NCBI GenBank assembly: GCA_002633005.1
Contig: NMRA01000158.1
Span: forward strand, 498,433 to 562,432
Origin: Phoronis australis
Lineage: Eukaryota; Animalia; Phoronida
DNA length: 64,000 nucleotides
Reading direction: 5' to 3'
Below, in pieces: positions 1 to 12,459 of this stretch. How positions within the stretch are numbered: the stretch's first letter is position 1; every line of letters begins with the position of its first letter. Under the pieces are notes generated by a model that was not told the DNA's origin, did not search any database, and saw only the letters and a list, made by a program, of their open reading frames with translations. A program made the position numbers and the translations under genes.

Positions 1-1297
1 ATGTGGGAACTTTTTAGATTTTGAAAACACTCTAAAAATGAATTAAAAATCACCAAAATAAAATTGCCCCCCTAAAGTACTCACAAAAACCATTTTCTAG
101 AGGCCCTACAAAATCTGGCCCACCGACTATAACTAGTCCAAGGCAAACAATATGTCATGGTGATACATGTAATTGCGCGTTACCAAGTGGATCAAGAATG
201 TTACAAATTTCTGGCGACGTTGCTTTTGGTGGAAGCAAATGAAAGCACATAGGATAGCAAAATTTGGGGAGGGAGGACGTCATCCGAAGTAATTTGCACT
301 GTACACAGTTATAAAAAACCCAACCTGAAACTCTGATAGGCAATTGAAATCTACTTTCGTATGAAGAACTTACTTTTCGTCCATAACGCTTATTTAGTGA
401 CGATTTTGAAAAGGATTACTTTGGAAAAGTGCCTACAATTTTATCATTATTTAGTTTCGGGCAGAAGAAGGTGAATTCTCACTAAACCGGAAGACTGCAT
501 CAGTGACAGGTTGGAGAGCAGGCAGGCCAGGGTCGCTGAATGCCTCAGGGAGTTTGAAAACTATAATCTGTGCACGATTTGGCGACCTGCAAGTCGCCAA
601 TTCGATTTCAGATTGTGTTTGGACATATGCGAAAAATTCGAAGTGGCCACAGTGTATTTGAAACGAATTAAATTAGAAAACAATTCATCGGAAATTCGTT
701 TCAACGCTCGTGGTGACTTCCAAACTTTAAATTATTATCACTTGTCCTAGGTGCAATACCTTCCATTCACAATTCTTGTTTTTACTTCGTGAAATCAGTG
801 TATTTGTCATCTTCAACAGTCAATCCATATCAAACGTCTTTTAAAACTGAATTACAACAGCAGGTAAACAGATCGAATGTTGACTTAGTAATGAAACTAA
901 AACAATACAAGAAAGGGCAATCGATGTTTTCACAAGTTCACAAATACAGCCTGATCTAAGGTAGTATGTTGCATCTTTAGTGCATTATCCCTTTCATTCC
1001 TGAAGGCTTATTTGTTGTACGTTTTCACATTAAAGAGACAGTTCCATCATTTGGCCCCGCTGTGGGCGATACCGGAAGAAAAAATGTAAATAATAAAATC
1101 GGGGACCGTAGGCATTAGATTTCATCACTGGGCTGCCTCCACGAGTCGACCATTAAGATAAAAACATGTAAGTAAGCAAAACAAGAAAAAGGGACTTATC
1201 TAGTGGACGTCATCAGTAGCCCTTTCAAGAGCTTGGATTCATGTCAAATAAAAGAAATGGAAAAGTACAAGCTAGGAATTGTACGAAGACACTTGGC

Positions 1298-2145
1298 TTA
1301 CCTACTGCAAGCTCCGCCCCCTTGCGAAAATTCGACAAACAAGTTTTACCCGGCAAGATGTTGTTTGTCGTATCGGGTAACATGGCGGCTTGGAAACGAA
1401 GGTGTGTTTGGAATGCTGCGTTTTTGTTGGTGAGTTAAGCCGTCACTCAAAATCCTGGCGATTGGTCAATTGACCTATCGCGAGGATCATGACTGACGGC
1501 TTAACTAACCAATCAGAACGCAGCATTCTCGACACACCTACTTGAGCTAACTGCTCGCCTAGGATAAAATGAGTATGTGCCTGAGCTACGAACCTGATTT
1601 TTTAATCAAAATGTTTCACTCGAAGATCAGAAAAGTATAAACAGTGCTATCGACTCAACAGAACACAATCAATTCTGACTACTTTTCAATTGGCGGAATT
1701 TAGCAGACGACTGAATAAAAATATCGGCGAATCTTCACGGATTTTGTTCGAAATGTCCTGAAAGCTATTGCATAGTACACATAATTCGACTTTAAGGTAA
1801 ATATCCAGCTTTACATGAACATGTCGGATCAGTGACCTTGTCAGTTTTCAAGTGAATGTGAACCCCATCAGTGGGGTTCTTCGGATTTTCGCTGGCTCCG
1901 AAATACTTTTCCTCGAACACTTTTTTTCATCGTCTCAGCTTTACAAATTCCCAAGTCATGAAGGTAAGATTCTCATATGAAAAGTACCGCCTGTTGTCTT
2001 TGTCAAAGCGTTTTCGGAAAGTGCAAAAAACACCCATCAATTCCACCAGTAACGTCGTTGAGCGACTGTGTATTTGCCTCTAACATCTTGCTTGTTTGTC
2101 TGGTGTCACTTGACTTTTCGCAGGGGGGCGGAGCTTGCGCTAGGT
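1298..2145. mobile_element. Degenerate MITE-like element bounded by imperfect ~60-bp inverted repeats
   Basis: 1305-1362 (caagctccgcccccttgcgaaaa...gacaaacaag...gcaagatgtt) recurs inverted at ~2082-2140 (aacatcttgcttgtttgtc...ttttcgcaggggggcggagcttg); no coding capacity; TSD not resolved. Confidence 0.5.
1400..1539. repeat. ~140-bp near-perfect palindrome (foldback/MITE-like hairpin)
   Basis: Left arm aggtgtgtttggaatgctgcgtttttgttggtgagttaagccgtca pairs with right arm tgacggcttaactaaccaatcagaacgcagcattctcgacacacct around the centre ggtcaattgacc. Confidence 0.8.
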
Positions 2146-3576
2146 CAATTGGCTCAACCAGCAGAAGTAATAAGGAACATGTTATCGCAACATTAAACAA
2201 GCGTTTTAGGTTGTGAAAGTCACATTCCTTTTCCAGTTTTGTCAAATTTCAAAAATCTATTCACGTGTGCCTTTCAAGAACTATTCAAATATGCAGTTTA
2301 CAAAATTTCAAAACGAAAGTTCAAGAGTACTATTGTCGCCCCTAATGTGTTTATGGTGGTCTCATTTTCTACAGAACGATCATATCAGCAGCCTGAGGCG
2401 ATTTAATTAACCACGACAGCACGATGCATTTGATCTTGACCGGCAAATTCTTTGGTGCGCAAACCAGTCGAGTTGACCGCTTATGGTTTGGACGTAGGAT
2501 TCTTTTCATGAAGAGCGCCAGTTGACTCCATTATTCTTCGCCAGAGAGGGGTCTGCTGAGAAGTACAGTTTTGCATTAGTTAAAAATTATCTTCTTTTGA
2601 ATGAAAAATTGAGTCACTTTGCTCTGGAATTTGAGCATACCAATTACACTGTAGTTTTCTCTGCCGGACTTTTTTGATGTGCGTATACTAAGAATCACGT
2701 TTTCAAATAAACGAAACGAAAACTTATGACAAGGTCTCCAAAAGGCTAACTACAATCGGCACGAAGGTTTCACCCACACGCCTACAAGTTATTGGGACAT
2801 ATACCCTCCAAGTAGTCCCTAGATTCCTTCGTCCCTGGTTATTGATAGGCTCTGTCTCCTCCGTGAACTTCACGATCGGGAGCGCTCGCCTTTGGCCCGC
2901 TCCACCTCTTTCACCCACGCGTCAATCTAAATTCCTTTAAAGGGGGTGCGTCGTGCTAATGAGTCAATAGCGCGAAATCACAGGTAACATTTCAAAACAT
3001 GATGACCACCATAAAACGTTTGGCGGAAAATTGAATGGTTCTACATGTTAGGGCCTATGCCAAGCAAATGTACGCACCACTATTGTGCGTGTAATGTTTG
3101 TTCAAGTCCAACGAAAAAAGTGGTCTATGTTATGACATTTATTGTTGGCAAAACACCATTTACCATGATCATATTGATTTAACCAGGCTAATATTAGTTT
3201 TAATCAATATAAATCAATAAATTGCAAGACATGCGTTTGAAAGGTTTTAAAAGACCTTTTCAGTTGCATGTTTGCACTTTTCCATGTCATTGTGCTCGAG
3301 AAACAATAATAGCCGTGTGAAGAAGTTGATCTCAAGAAACTATTTTTGTTCCCTGAACTCAACGACAGCAAATTGCTCAAACAAAAAATTCAAACGGTTT
3401 TAAGCCCACCCGCTAGTACGCTGTAGCACTACAAATAGTGTCCATGACACCGAGTCTTAGATGCATGATATCTCGTGTTAACACGGTTGATTCCTGTATG
3501 CACTTCAAAAAAGCAGAACACCAAACATTGGCCCATCGCAATATATCCTCAGTCCAAATAGGAATGTCCTTGCAAA

Positions 3577-3804
3577 GTGGCAGATCTACGTTTTCAGTAA
3601 GGGGGATTTAGGATTCTCGCGAATCCGAGGCGCCAAGCGGGGTCAGGTTGGAAGCGGGAGAAACCCTCCCGTGTAAGAATATTTGTTTTTTGGTAGCTGA
3701 TTTCGTTTTCCTGGCGACGCTTTTTTATTTTTTATTTTATTTTTGATCTTCTCCGATCCCGGGAGGGGGTTAAACCCCCAGAACCCCCTCCCGTAGATCC
3801 GCCT
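3577..3804. mobile_element. Small PIF/Harbinger-type MITE
   Basis: Ends agtggcagatctacg and cgtagatccgcctc are inverted copies of GGCGGATCTACG; G/C-run interior (gggagggggttaaacccccagaaccccctccc) is typical of these MITEs. Confidence 0.55.
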
Positions 3805-4067
3805 CAGTCGCTGTCTTTTGACACAGGAACGCAATTACTGGCTTACTCCTGCCGGTGGCCTCGGTGAGATTCTTGCAGAACTCACTCAAAAAAATCTCGC
3901 ATTGATCACCTCTTTCTATGTCTTCATTAATCACCTACAAGGAAAATTTACTTTTGTACAAACAGGAAGACCCTGTTGACATCTATCACCTGTTTCCCAA
4001 TACCCAAACAAATGAAATCAGTTTTGAAAGTCCAGGGACTGTGTAGTCATCTGGCCAAAACTTTTAA

Positions 4068-4760
4068 ATGAAAGCGCTCTGAGGAGAGGCACTTGGTGAA
4101 ATCGAATAAAAATTTAAAGAACACCAACAACCATGACTCTGACGCGTATTACACCAACGTTAAATAGCCCGTGATGAGATCTAATTGCACATCAAAGTTG
4201 AAAGTCACAGCGCCATCTTGTGTCCGATTTCTCTTAAGAACAAAGCCATTGGGCTATTGACTAAATAAACAATTTTTGTAAATTTCATGTCGATCAGACG
4301 AAAAAGGCGATCTCTAGCACAAATATGATAGGCTAACAAAGTTCAGCTATGAACAATTCACTGATAGAACGGTCATCTCAGAGTAAATCTTGATTATCGC
4401 CCGAGAATATGGAAAGTTGTAGCAAGAAACGAGTTACACAACGCTGATAGCGATCTATCAACTTTCAAAATTTCAAACAGATTCATCAAAGGACGCCGAA
4501 GATACGGAGAAAACTCAATTAATTCGAGACCAATCTTCAGCAAATCTCGAATAACCAGAGAACGGTCAAGCCCAGAGAAAAGCAAATGACAGAATTGTGA
4601 CAGTCCTTTAATGATCTATCCTAAGCGAAAAATCAGGAAAAACACACCAGAAACAGTGGAGCTATAGCTCTGCAAACCAAAACAGGGAAAATGTCCGCTA
4701 CAGTGCCATCCTGCGTCCGATTTCAACAAAAAATAACAAAATAATTGCAAACAGCGTTTC
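4068..4760. mobile_element. Decayed relative of the DINE-1/HINE-type element at 49337-50478
   Basis: gaaagcgctctgaggagaggcacttggtgaaat resembles gagagcgctcggaggagcgatacttagcggaaat; internal gccatcttgtgtccgat and gccatcctgcgtccgat motifs resemble gccattttgtatccgat in the intact copy. Confidence 0.4.
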
Positions 4761-6991
4761 TGTAATAAAATTTCCTGGCAAAGTCTTGCTTTTGTTTATT
4801 GGAAATGCAATTTAGACTTTTTTAAAACTTGTTTTATCGTTCCACTGCTCCGAATGTAACTATGTAGTTTGGAGATCAGAATTTTCTGACGGAAATAACT
4901 GGGCAAACGTCTAGCTTTGAAATGTACTCCGGACATCTTACTACACTGGCTGCAGTGTAGAACTTCACAACAACTTAAGAATTAAACTGTCATTTCTTCA
5001 CAATTAAAAATCAGTGCTACTGATGTATGTATTGTGTGTCACTGTAAACAAAAGACATTGGAGCACATTTTAAATGTATAAATGTAGTTTTATTACAGAA
5101 ACTTGGACTCTGGAAAATATTAGTCTTGGTAACAAACACGCAACGTTATTTGGAACACCCGCTGCATATTTGACAATATTCGAGAATAAAACTCGGGACA
5201 TTTGGATTGAAAAGCGAGACATTCAGATAAAAAGTAGGTCTGTGTCAAAAAGAAAGGTGAAATATTCGCCAAATCGGCGTTTTTCTAGAATGGGAGATTG
5301 CAGGTGAAGTAAAACGCAAAAGCTCGTTTTTAATGTCAGGAGCTTGATAGTTCGCAAGTACCCTCTAGTCATGGAGAATCTGAATTGTTATTCAAAAGAT
5401 CAGCCAATGTCAAACCCACGGCCTCGTATTCTAGGTAATTTGTATTTTGTATAAGGCTATACCGTTATTTCGGATACAAGACGAGCTATTGTTTTTGTTA
5501 TTGCTAATCAGACATGTCCAAAACCTTAAATGATAAAATTTACAAAATTTGACAAACTAATTACGTATCCGAGATTTGCAGATAAATGTTTTCTCATTGA
5601 TAATACATGGGCAATCATCGAGTAAGTTGCTTTGACATGAACAGAGGACTGCTTATTACATTGGTTGCAGTGTACTTTCCACAGAAACAAAAATTAGCGA
5701 TTCTGATACAGTACATGTATATTACAGTGGACAAGTGACACTGGAACACATTTTATCATTGTTATGCTACTTAAGAAAGTGCACTTTGGATTATAACAAA
5801 TATTCTTAAGAAGTGTCAATGTTATTTTGAACACCTGTTGCATAGCTGTCACGGTCAACATTCGAGAATGAAAAAAAAAACAGGACAGCTGGACTGAAAA
5901 GTTGAACTTTTGGGTAAAAGTGGGCTTCTGGGTTTAAAACGCAAGGGTGAATTGTTCGCCAAAACACACCAAAACGTTGCGACAGTGTTTTTGTCGAACG
6001 GGAGAAGTAACACATCAAAGGACCCGAAGGCGTTTTTTGTTCTTTTTCTAGTAGACTAGGAAATTGTGTGTGCTGCAAAAATCGAGAAATGTCCATCTTT
6101 TTCTTTTTAGTCGAACAGTAAAATAGCGCTGTATCGCGGGTGAAATTTAAGTATTGATATGTGTGTGGCAATTTCGACGTGTGTAAAGGGGAAAACTGAC
6201 GGTGTGGCGGGATTGGGGAGGGGATTTTTAAAAAAACGTGGGACGGTCCGCCAAGGGCGGGACAATTGGAAATGAGTACGCAGTCAGCAACATGAAGCAA
6301 TGGATTGGATTCTTTTAGAAAGTAAACTTTTCATTTTTTATTTTTTTCACGGGTATAACAAATTTCTACAGATAACAGTACTGCTCAGAAGTCTAAATTT
6401 AAATCATCTCATATGGACATCAAGTAAACGTTGCGAGTCAGCCTAGTCGTAGCCTATACAGAGTCTGCAGACAGTCCTAATTTCAGAGCTGACATTTCTG
6501 CTGTGTTGTAATTATAGCCTTTTCTTGAATCACAAATTAATTCTCTTGCCACTTCAGTGTCGAGTAATATGTATATGTCTCGAACAGTATATAATCGAAG
6601 TTTTTCCCCGACTATAAAAGCCCAGTCGGCCATATTGGTTTCATGTCGATATTATCTAATTACTGTGATGCTAACTGGATTATATTTCTGGTAAATGATA
6701 CTAGTTCCTGTCTTGTCCTATAATGCTGACCGTCGGCAGGACTGCAACTAAGTAAAAAATATGCGCATGGCATAACGTTCCCAGCAATAGTATAACACAA
6801 TAGAAACCATCAAATATATTCTCCTTTCATGAAAACACGAGCTACTAAGCTCTACCCTGATTTAAATGCTCTGACGTAGACAAGAAATCTATATTTCTTC
6901 CCAACCAATCACAAAGGTTGACCTAATTAATTGTTACCCGCAGATGATATTGCGAAGTACGTAGTAGGTGATTGAGTCAATACTGACGATC

Positions 6992-8134
6992 ATGGAGACA
7001 CTAGATGTTTTTTCGGCTTTTAAAAAAGACCAATATAAGGAGTTCTTCAGAAATTTTGAAAGTGTGATACCACGTAATAATCCAACAATCGCTTACTGGC
7101 TTGCCTTAGAAAGTGTGCACTACATTGGAATTGACGTGGAAGCCATTTTTGATGATACCGAAAACACCATTAATGTGTTTGTCAGCCGCTACTTTCGCAA
7201 TCTACCTCCAGAGCGTCCGCGTGGGCCTGTAAAAATGAACCCCGAGAATGAAGTAGACCCCTTGGTTGCCGGAGTACAAGGTCTGGCCCTAAATGTAAAT
7301 CGTTTAAGAAGGAACAACGATTATTTTACGAGGGATGAAGACAGAAATGCAATGTTTGAAAGCATTGTAGAGGCCGGCAATACTATCCCGCTAATTGCTG
7401 TACTGGCACTTCAAACATTTCTCTGCATCACGGGAGATCAGGGGAGGTTAAATAACTTTCAAAATGCTGATCGTTTCCGAGACTTTCTCAGGAAATGGCG
7501 CAACAGTTTTAAGTGCGGTACCTACAAGGAAAGCACACGAAGTGTGTTGAGAGCTCTGGGAAGACGGGTATTCAAGTGCATGAAAGTGCCATTATTTGTT
7601 GACAACTATGGAGAAAAGAAATGCTATGAAGAAAATGAACTTGAGATAGGTGAAATTCATCAAGAATTTGAAATTTTCCATGATACCCATCTGAAGGAGT
7701 CCAAACAGATACTAAGAGGTAGAGCATTCAGACCTAGTGACAACAAAAACAGTATCCCAGGGGTATGGTTTGGCTTAGGCGGTAGGACGAGTCACTATGG
7801 ATCACACAGATTTAAAACCACTCTGGCTCGACTGGGTGTAACCGGAATTCGACAAGGGGAGATTGTCAAGTACAAGAACGAAATAAACGTAATACTTTAC
7901 GCTCATAACGATGTTGACGGAGGCGTTTTTGAGTTTAGGAAACCAAATACTCAAGTCGTTGCTCCAGGAAACCGAAACGCTTATGTGCACATTTCCATAT
8001 TTATTCCTGATTTTTTTTTCTTGGGAGACAACGCACCAACTGTCACTGATGAAGATCATTCCAATGTCCCCCACCGGGGAATCTGTGTTAAAGAGAAGCG
8101 AACAGGCATTAAATGTAATGAACTAGAGATTTAG
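6992..8134 (+). CDS. Intronless 380-aa uncharacterised protein: helical N-terminal half plus C-terminal ADP-ribosyltransferase(ART)-fold-like domain
   Basis: Only long non-low-complexity ORF outside the ZF gene; strong Kozak context atcATGG at 6992; splice acceptor (cctaat...acccgcag, 6943) just upstream; motifs FHDTH..ILRGRAFRPS..GVWFG..SHYGSHRF..YKNEINVILYAH resemble the H-x-T / G-aromatic-F / S-x-YG / E layout of ART folds. Function is inferred. Confidence 0.8.
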   Translation: METLDVFSAFKKDQYKEFFRNFESVIPRNNPTIAYWLALESVHYIGIDVEAIFDDTENTINVFVSRYFRNLPPERPRGPVKMNPENEVDPLVAGVQGLALNVNRLRRNNDYFTRDEDRNAMFESIVEAGNTIPLIAVLALQTFLCITGDQGRLNNFQNADRFRDFLRKWRNSFKCGTYKESTRSVLRALGRRVFKCMKVPLFVDNYGEKKCYEENELEIGEIHQEFEIFHDTHLKESKQILRGRAFRPSDNKNSIPGVWFGLGGRTSHYGSHRFKTTLARLGVTGIRQGEIVKYKNEINVILYAHNDVDGGVFEFRKPNTQVVAPGNRNAYVHISIFIPDFFFLGDNAPTVTDEDHSNVPHRGICVKEKRTGIKCNELEI

Positions 8135-9486
8135 GAGTGGCATGTGCCAAGCCAAATTTGAGACGTCGAATTGTGAGGACAGTGAGTGCCACGAGTTTTG
8201 ATAATTTTCTGTTATGACCAATACAAATTACTAAGTGTGTAACACTAAACCATGCCATCCCTAGTTTATTTGCAGTTATTGCAAGACAAGTGTGTTTCGA
8301 AATATCGTGTACCTTTTAATCAAGTCTCTTGGTCTGTTCCGTTGAGTGTAAAATTTTATTTCGAACATATGAACGAAACGGATTAAAGGGCTGTCAATAA
8401 CGAAAAAGGTCGTGCGCTTAATCAATTCTAAATTGTTCACATAGCTTCAGTAAGGATCTTTTTGCGGTTGGAAAATCGTGGGATTAGACCCTCGCCACCA
8501 GTTGACTGCAAATGTGGGTGCACCCTTCATTCGTTAGTTTCATTCTGCTTTTGGCAGACCGGTGCCCCACAATGCATCGGTTGCAGATACTTTAACCTGA
8601 AAAGGGTAAGGAGGTTCTTTCCCTTAAGTCATCACCTTCAGTGTAAAAGCTGCGAAGGCATTCTGTAATTTTTAACAATTAGTAACCTTTGTGCAATTCC
8701 ATTGCGATGATTGGCATACAAATTGAAGTGTTTGCATTTGAATGACTTTTAAAAATTACCTGTCAGTTGTCTCACTTCATGTGTGCCTAGTAGGTTTTTT
8801 CATGATATTTTTAAATTTTCATAATCATATTACAATGTATTACATAATAATGACGGACATTCGGTCTGAACTAATCTCCTGATGTACTGTGCACTGTAGG
8901 TTCAGAGTTCTGACTAAAAGTAGCAGTGCAAGGTGAATACACGAACTGTGGTAGTTCATTTGTGGGTCGCTTTTTCTGTTGACACAGTATGAAATGTGAT
9001 TACTCAGGCAACATGCGTATAACTGTTTTGTGTTAAGTCAAAGATACTATAAAATCTTTGGTTAAGTCTTGATGTAAATTTACGGCCCGAATGGTGCATC
9101 GAGGTCAACGTGCATCGATGGGTTTGGTGGTGGTGTTAGTTTAGCCATTATATATTCTTGCAGGTATACCATTTTACTGTATATCGAGTGAAAATAACAA
9201 TAATACAAATTATATCTTTAAAAGGTTTTTCCTCGCCATGACGATAGCGCCTCAATAAGAAACCGCGCCGTTCACTGGTAGTTGGACAATGTTTCTCTGT
9301 GCTCAAGCGGGAAAACCGGTGTCGCTGTCTGTCCTTCGTTTCATGAAGTTGATACCTTGTTTACATTGGTGCGTATTCAGCATGGACAAAAGACAGCCTC
9401 GCGATTTACAGATGAAACAGTGTTATCACTAAAACCGGGCAGGTCGTCTGGAATACGGATGTCCACATTCACGGGTGCACGCAACA

Positions 9487-9660
9487 ACCGACCAATCAGA
9501 GCCTTCCTTTCAACCGACCAATCAGAGCCTTCCATTAAACCGACCAATCAGAGCCTTCCTTTCAATTGACCAATCAGAGCCTTCCATTGAACCTGACCAA
9601 TCAGATTTATCCATTCAATTGACCAATCAGAGCCTTCCATTGAACCAACCAATCAGCGCC
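9487..9660 (+). repeat. Tandem array of seven ~26-bp units, each containing a CCAAT box (core ACCAATCAG)
   Basis: Unit accgaccaatcagagccttcc(t/a)tt(c/g/a)a starts at ~9487, 9513, 9539, 9565, 9591, 9618, 9644. Confidence 0.9.
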
Positions 9661-11830
9661 TTTAATTGTTTGTCAATTCACCACATTTCACAACACCAGT
9701 CATATTGCTGAATTTCAAAGTTTCATCAATTCACTGAATTAGTTTCATTCACTTGTCGTACTTTAGGACTCCTTTTATTTGGTGCATTTCATTGGTTTAC
9801 GTACCTCTTCAAATATTTCTGTATCAATCAATTTTAGTACTTAACATATTTTAAGTATTTTACAGGTCTTTTATTTTGACACTCTACACACTCACTTCAT
9901 TCTTTGGGGATGTTAAGATCTGATTAGCGGTGGTGTACACGCATTGTCTCGCATGTTATACAATGGTGTTTGGAACGATTCAACGAAGAAACACAAGTTG
10001 CTATCCTCAGATATTGGAGACATAACATTAATTGTTAGTGATAATGATGAATACCATAATTTTACAATTTGTGAAAAAGGGAACCACCACTAGATGCAGC
10101 GTCAAAAACCTATCGACCAAACTAAATGCTAGCACAAGAGGTATCCCACCAAAATACAAGTGAATGGTGAGCATTGAGAAAGAAAAAATGCTGCATTGCC
10201 GTTAAGGCTCAGGACGGTGAATGAACTTTAATTTTAGGCAGAGCTGTGTCTATCAGGTACTTTGAAGAATACTGTTGCAAAGAAGGCTATGGCTTTGATA
10301 GTCTTGTTTGATCAACATGTTTCCTTGGGCTGAATTTTAAGTCAGCCAGCAAGTCAATTCTTTGTCCCCTGCTCATTCACCATTCCTACCTTCCCTTTTT
10401 CACTTGACAAACAAATCCTCAGATCTCTGTATATTTCATACACTTTCAATTTCAACTTTCTAATCATTTGTAAGTCTACTTTTCGTTAAATGCTCATTTT
10501 GGAAATTCCCAATATTAAACAATTCAATGCATTTGAGGAGTTAAATCAGTTGTCCCATTTTTATTTGATTAAATACTTTTGCATTGGCGCACACGTTTGA
10601 CTAGCAACACTGTGGGACTTTAATTATCCGCATTTTATAGGTTCAATTATATTTTAACCTTTTGCTTCCCCACACTCCATGAAATCGTTTATTTTACAGG
10701 CTCTGTCATTATTGATTGACATTTTGGGGGCTTATTAATTTGTCAGACATCATTGTAACCATTAACTGGTTCTCTTCCATGAATCCTTGTAAGGATTAAA
10801 ATCAAAATGCATTGCTCTTCACAAAAGCAATAATTGCTCACCTTTTAATGGTTTGTCAATTCATCACATTTCACGATTCCAGTCATAATACTGTAGTCTT
10901 CCAATTACACCATTAAAAGGATTTCTTTGATAGCTGTGTTCAACACGGGGATTAATTGATTGCTGCATTTGAAGATTCATTAATTCATTGAATTACACAG
11001 TTTCATTCACTTGTCATACTTCAGGACTCCTTTTACTCTGTGCATTTCGTGGGTTTACATATCACTTCAAATGTTTCTTCATCCATGACAGATCATCAAA
11101 CCATCAAATTTTTTGAGTTCTTTTTAGTATTTCGCAGGTCTTTTATTGACACTACAGATTCATTCCATTGTCCCATTTGGCACCACTCCATTAATTCAAT
11201 GCACCTATTTGTTCAATTCATGAAGCATTACTCCATTCTAATTTCACTACATTCGGGGATGTTAAGATCACTCCTATGAGTGGTGTTGAACACAAATCAA
11301 GTCACCCATTGTGTTGTTTCAGCATGTTATACAATGTTGTATGGCACAATCCGACCAAGAAACACAAGTTGCATTCCTTGCATAATGGAGACACAACGAT
11401 AGTTGTCAGTGATAACAAAATTTTACAATTTGTGAAAAAAGGAACCACCACTTGATGCAGCATAAAAAAACTGTGAACCCAACCAAATGCTAGCAGATGA
11501 CTTCTCCCAGCAGAATACAATAAGTGAATTATGAGCATTGAAAAAATGCTGCACTGCCCATATGCCTCAGGATGGTGAACGAACTTCAGTTTTAGCCAGA
11601 GCTGTGTCTGTCAGTTACTTTGAAAAATACTGAAGGCTTTGGTTTTGATAGCCATGTTTGACATGTTCCCTTGAGCTGAATTTAAAGTCAGTTAGCTATA
11701 ATTCAATTTGTTGTCACCTGCTCATTCACCATCCCTACTTTCCTTTTTTCACTTGATTATTTAATGCACTTTCGATTTACTTTCATTTTGGAAATTTTCA
11801 GAATTCCATTATTCAACGTTTTCTTTCCAG
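9657..11830. repeat. Diverged tandem duplication of a ~1.2-1.35 kb unit (9657-10500 vs 10840-11830)
   Basis: Shared anchors: tttgtcaattcaccacatttcac/tttgtcaattcatcacatttcac, ggggatgttaagatc, ttttacaatttgtgaaaaa-ggaaccaccac, agagctgtgtct, cctgctcattcaccat. Confidence 0.8.
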
Positions 11831-12459
11831 CCTCAATATTGGTTCGTTTCTGACATGTGCCTCGAGTTTGGTCAGCTCCTGGCTCCTATAGGCTGATGAT
11901 TATCATGTGTGTGAGGGTTAACCGTTGTATTCAGTAACCATATTTTTCCTGTCGTCTCGCTTTAGCAGCATTTCCCACCCACCACCACCCCCTTTTTTCG
12001 GTGGTTTCTCTTACCCGAGTGCTGCGCTTTTCATTGTCCATCTGTCCAGAGATTATTTCCTGTTTACTTATTATTTTACACTCATATATCTGTACCATTA
12101 TCAGTCATATAGTAAACGACCTTTATTTTGCCTATATACAATCTCCTTTTTATCTCTGGAAACGGAGCTTATGACACACCTATCACTTTCGGGAAAACTT
12201 CGAACATAAAAAATAACTGTAAACAATTCTTGGCTCACCAGAGTGAATGATGACTATTGATTACTACTCATAGATTTCTTCATACAACTCATTTTGGAGA
12301 TTCACGAATTATGGAATAATTTCAATTTCATTCACTTGTTATAGATTTGTAGTTTCTAGTTATATCAACAAATAGATTCTGCATTCTGAAGATTGAATAA
12401 TTCATCCCCAGCTCTCAGTCAACTCCTCTGATGTGTCCATGCCTTGTTTGTTATGTGGA

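Noticed and set aside
2705-2725. ISRE/IRF-like aaacgaaacgaaaac as evidence of immune induction of the ART-like gene
   Set aside because: A single short A-rich match 4 kb away with non-canonical spacing; too likely by chance.
5806-6300. 164-aa minus-strand ORF
   Set aside because: TTG start, no splice or domain support; overlaps probable regulatory or repeat DNA upstream of the 6992 gene.
9487-9660. CRISPR-like regular repeats
   Set aside because: Head-to-tail 26-bp units without unique spacers, no cas genes, eukaryotic context.
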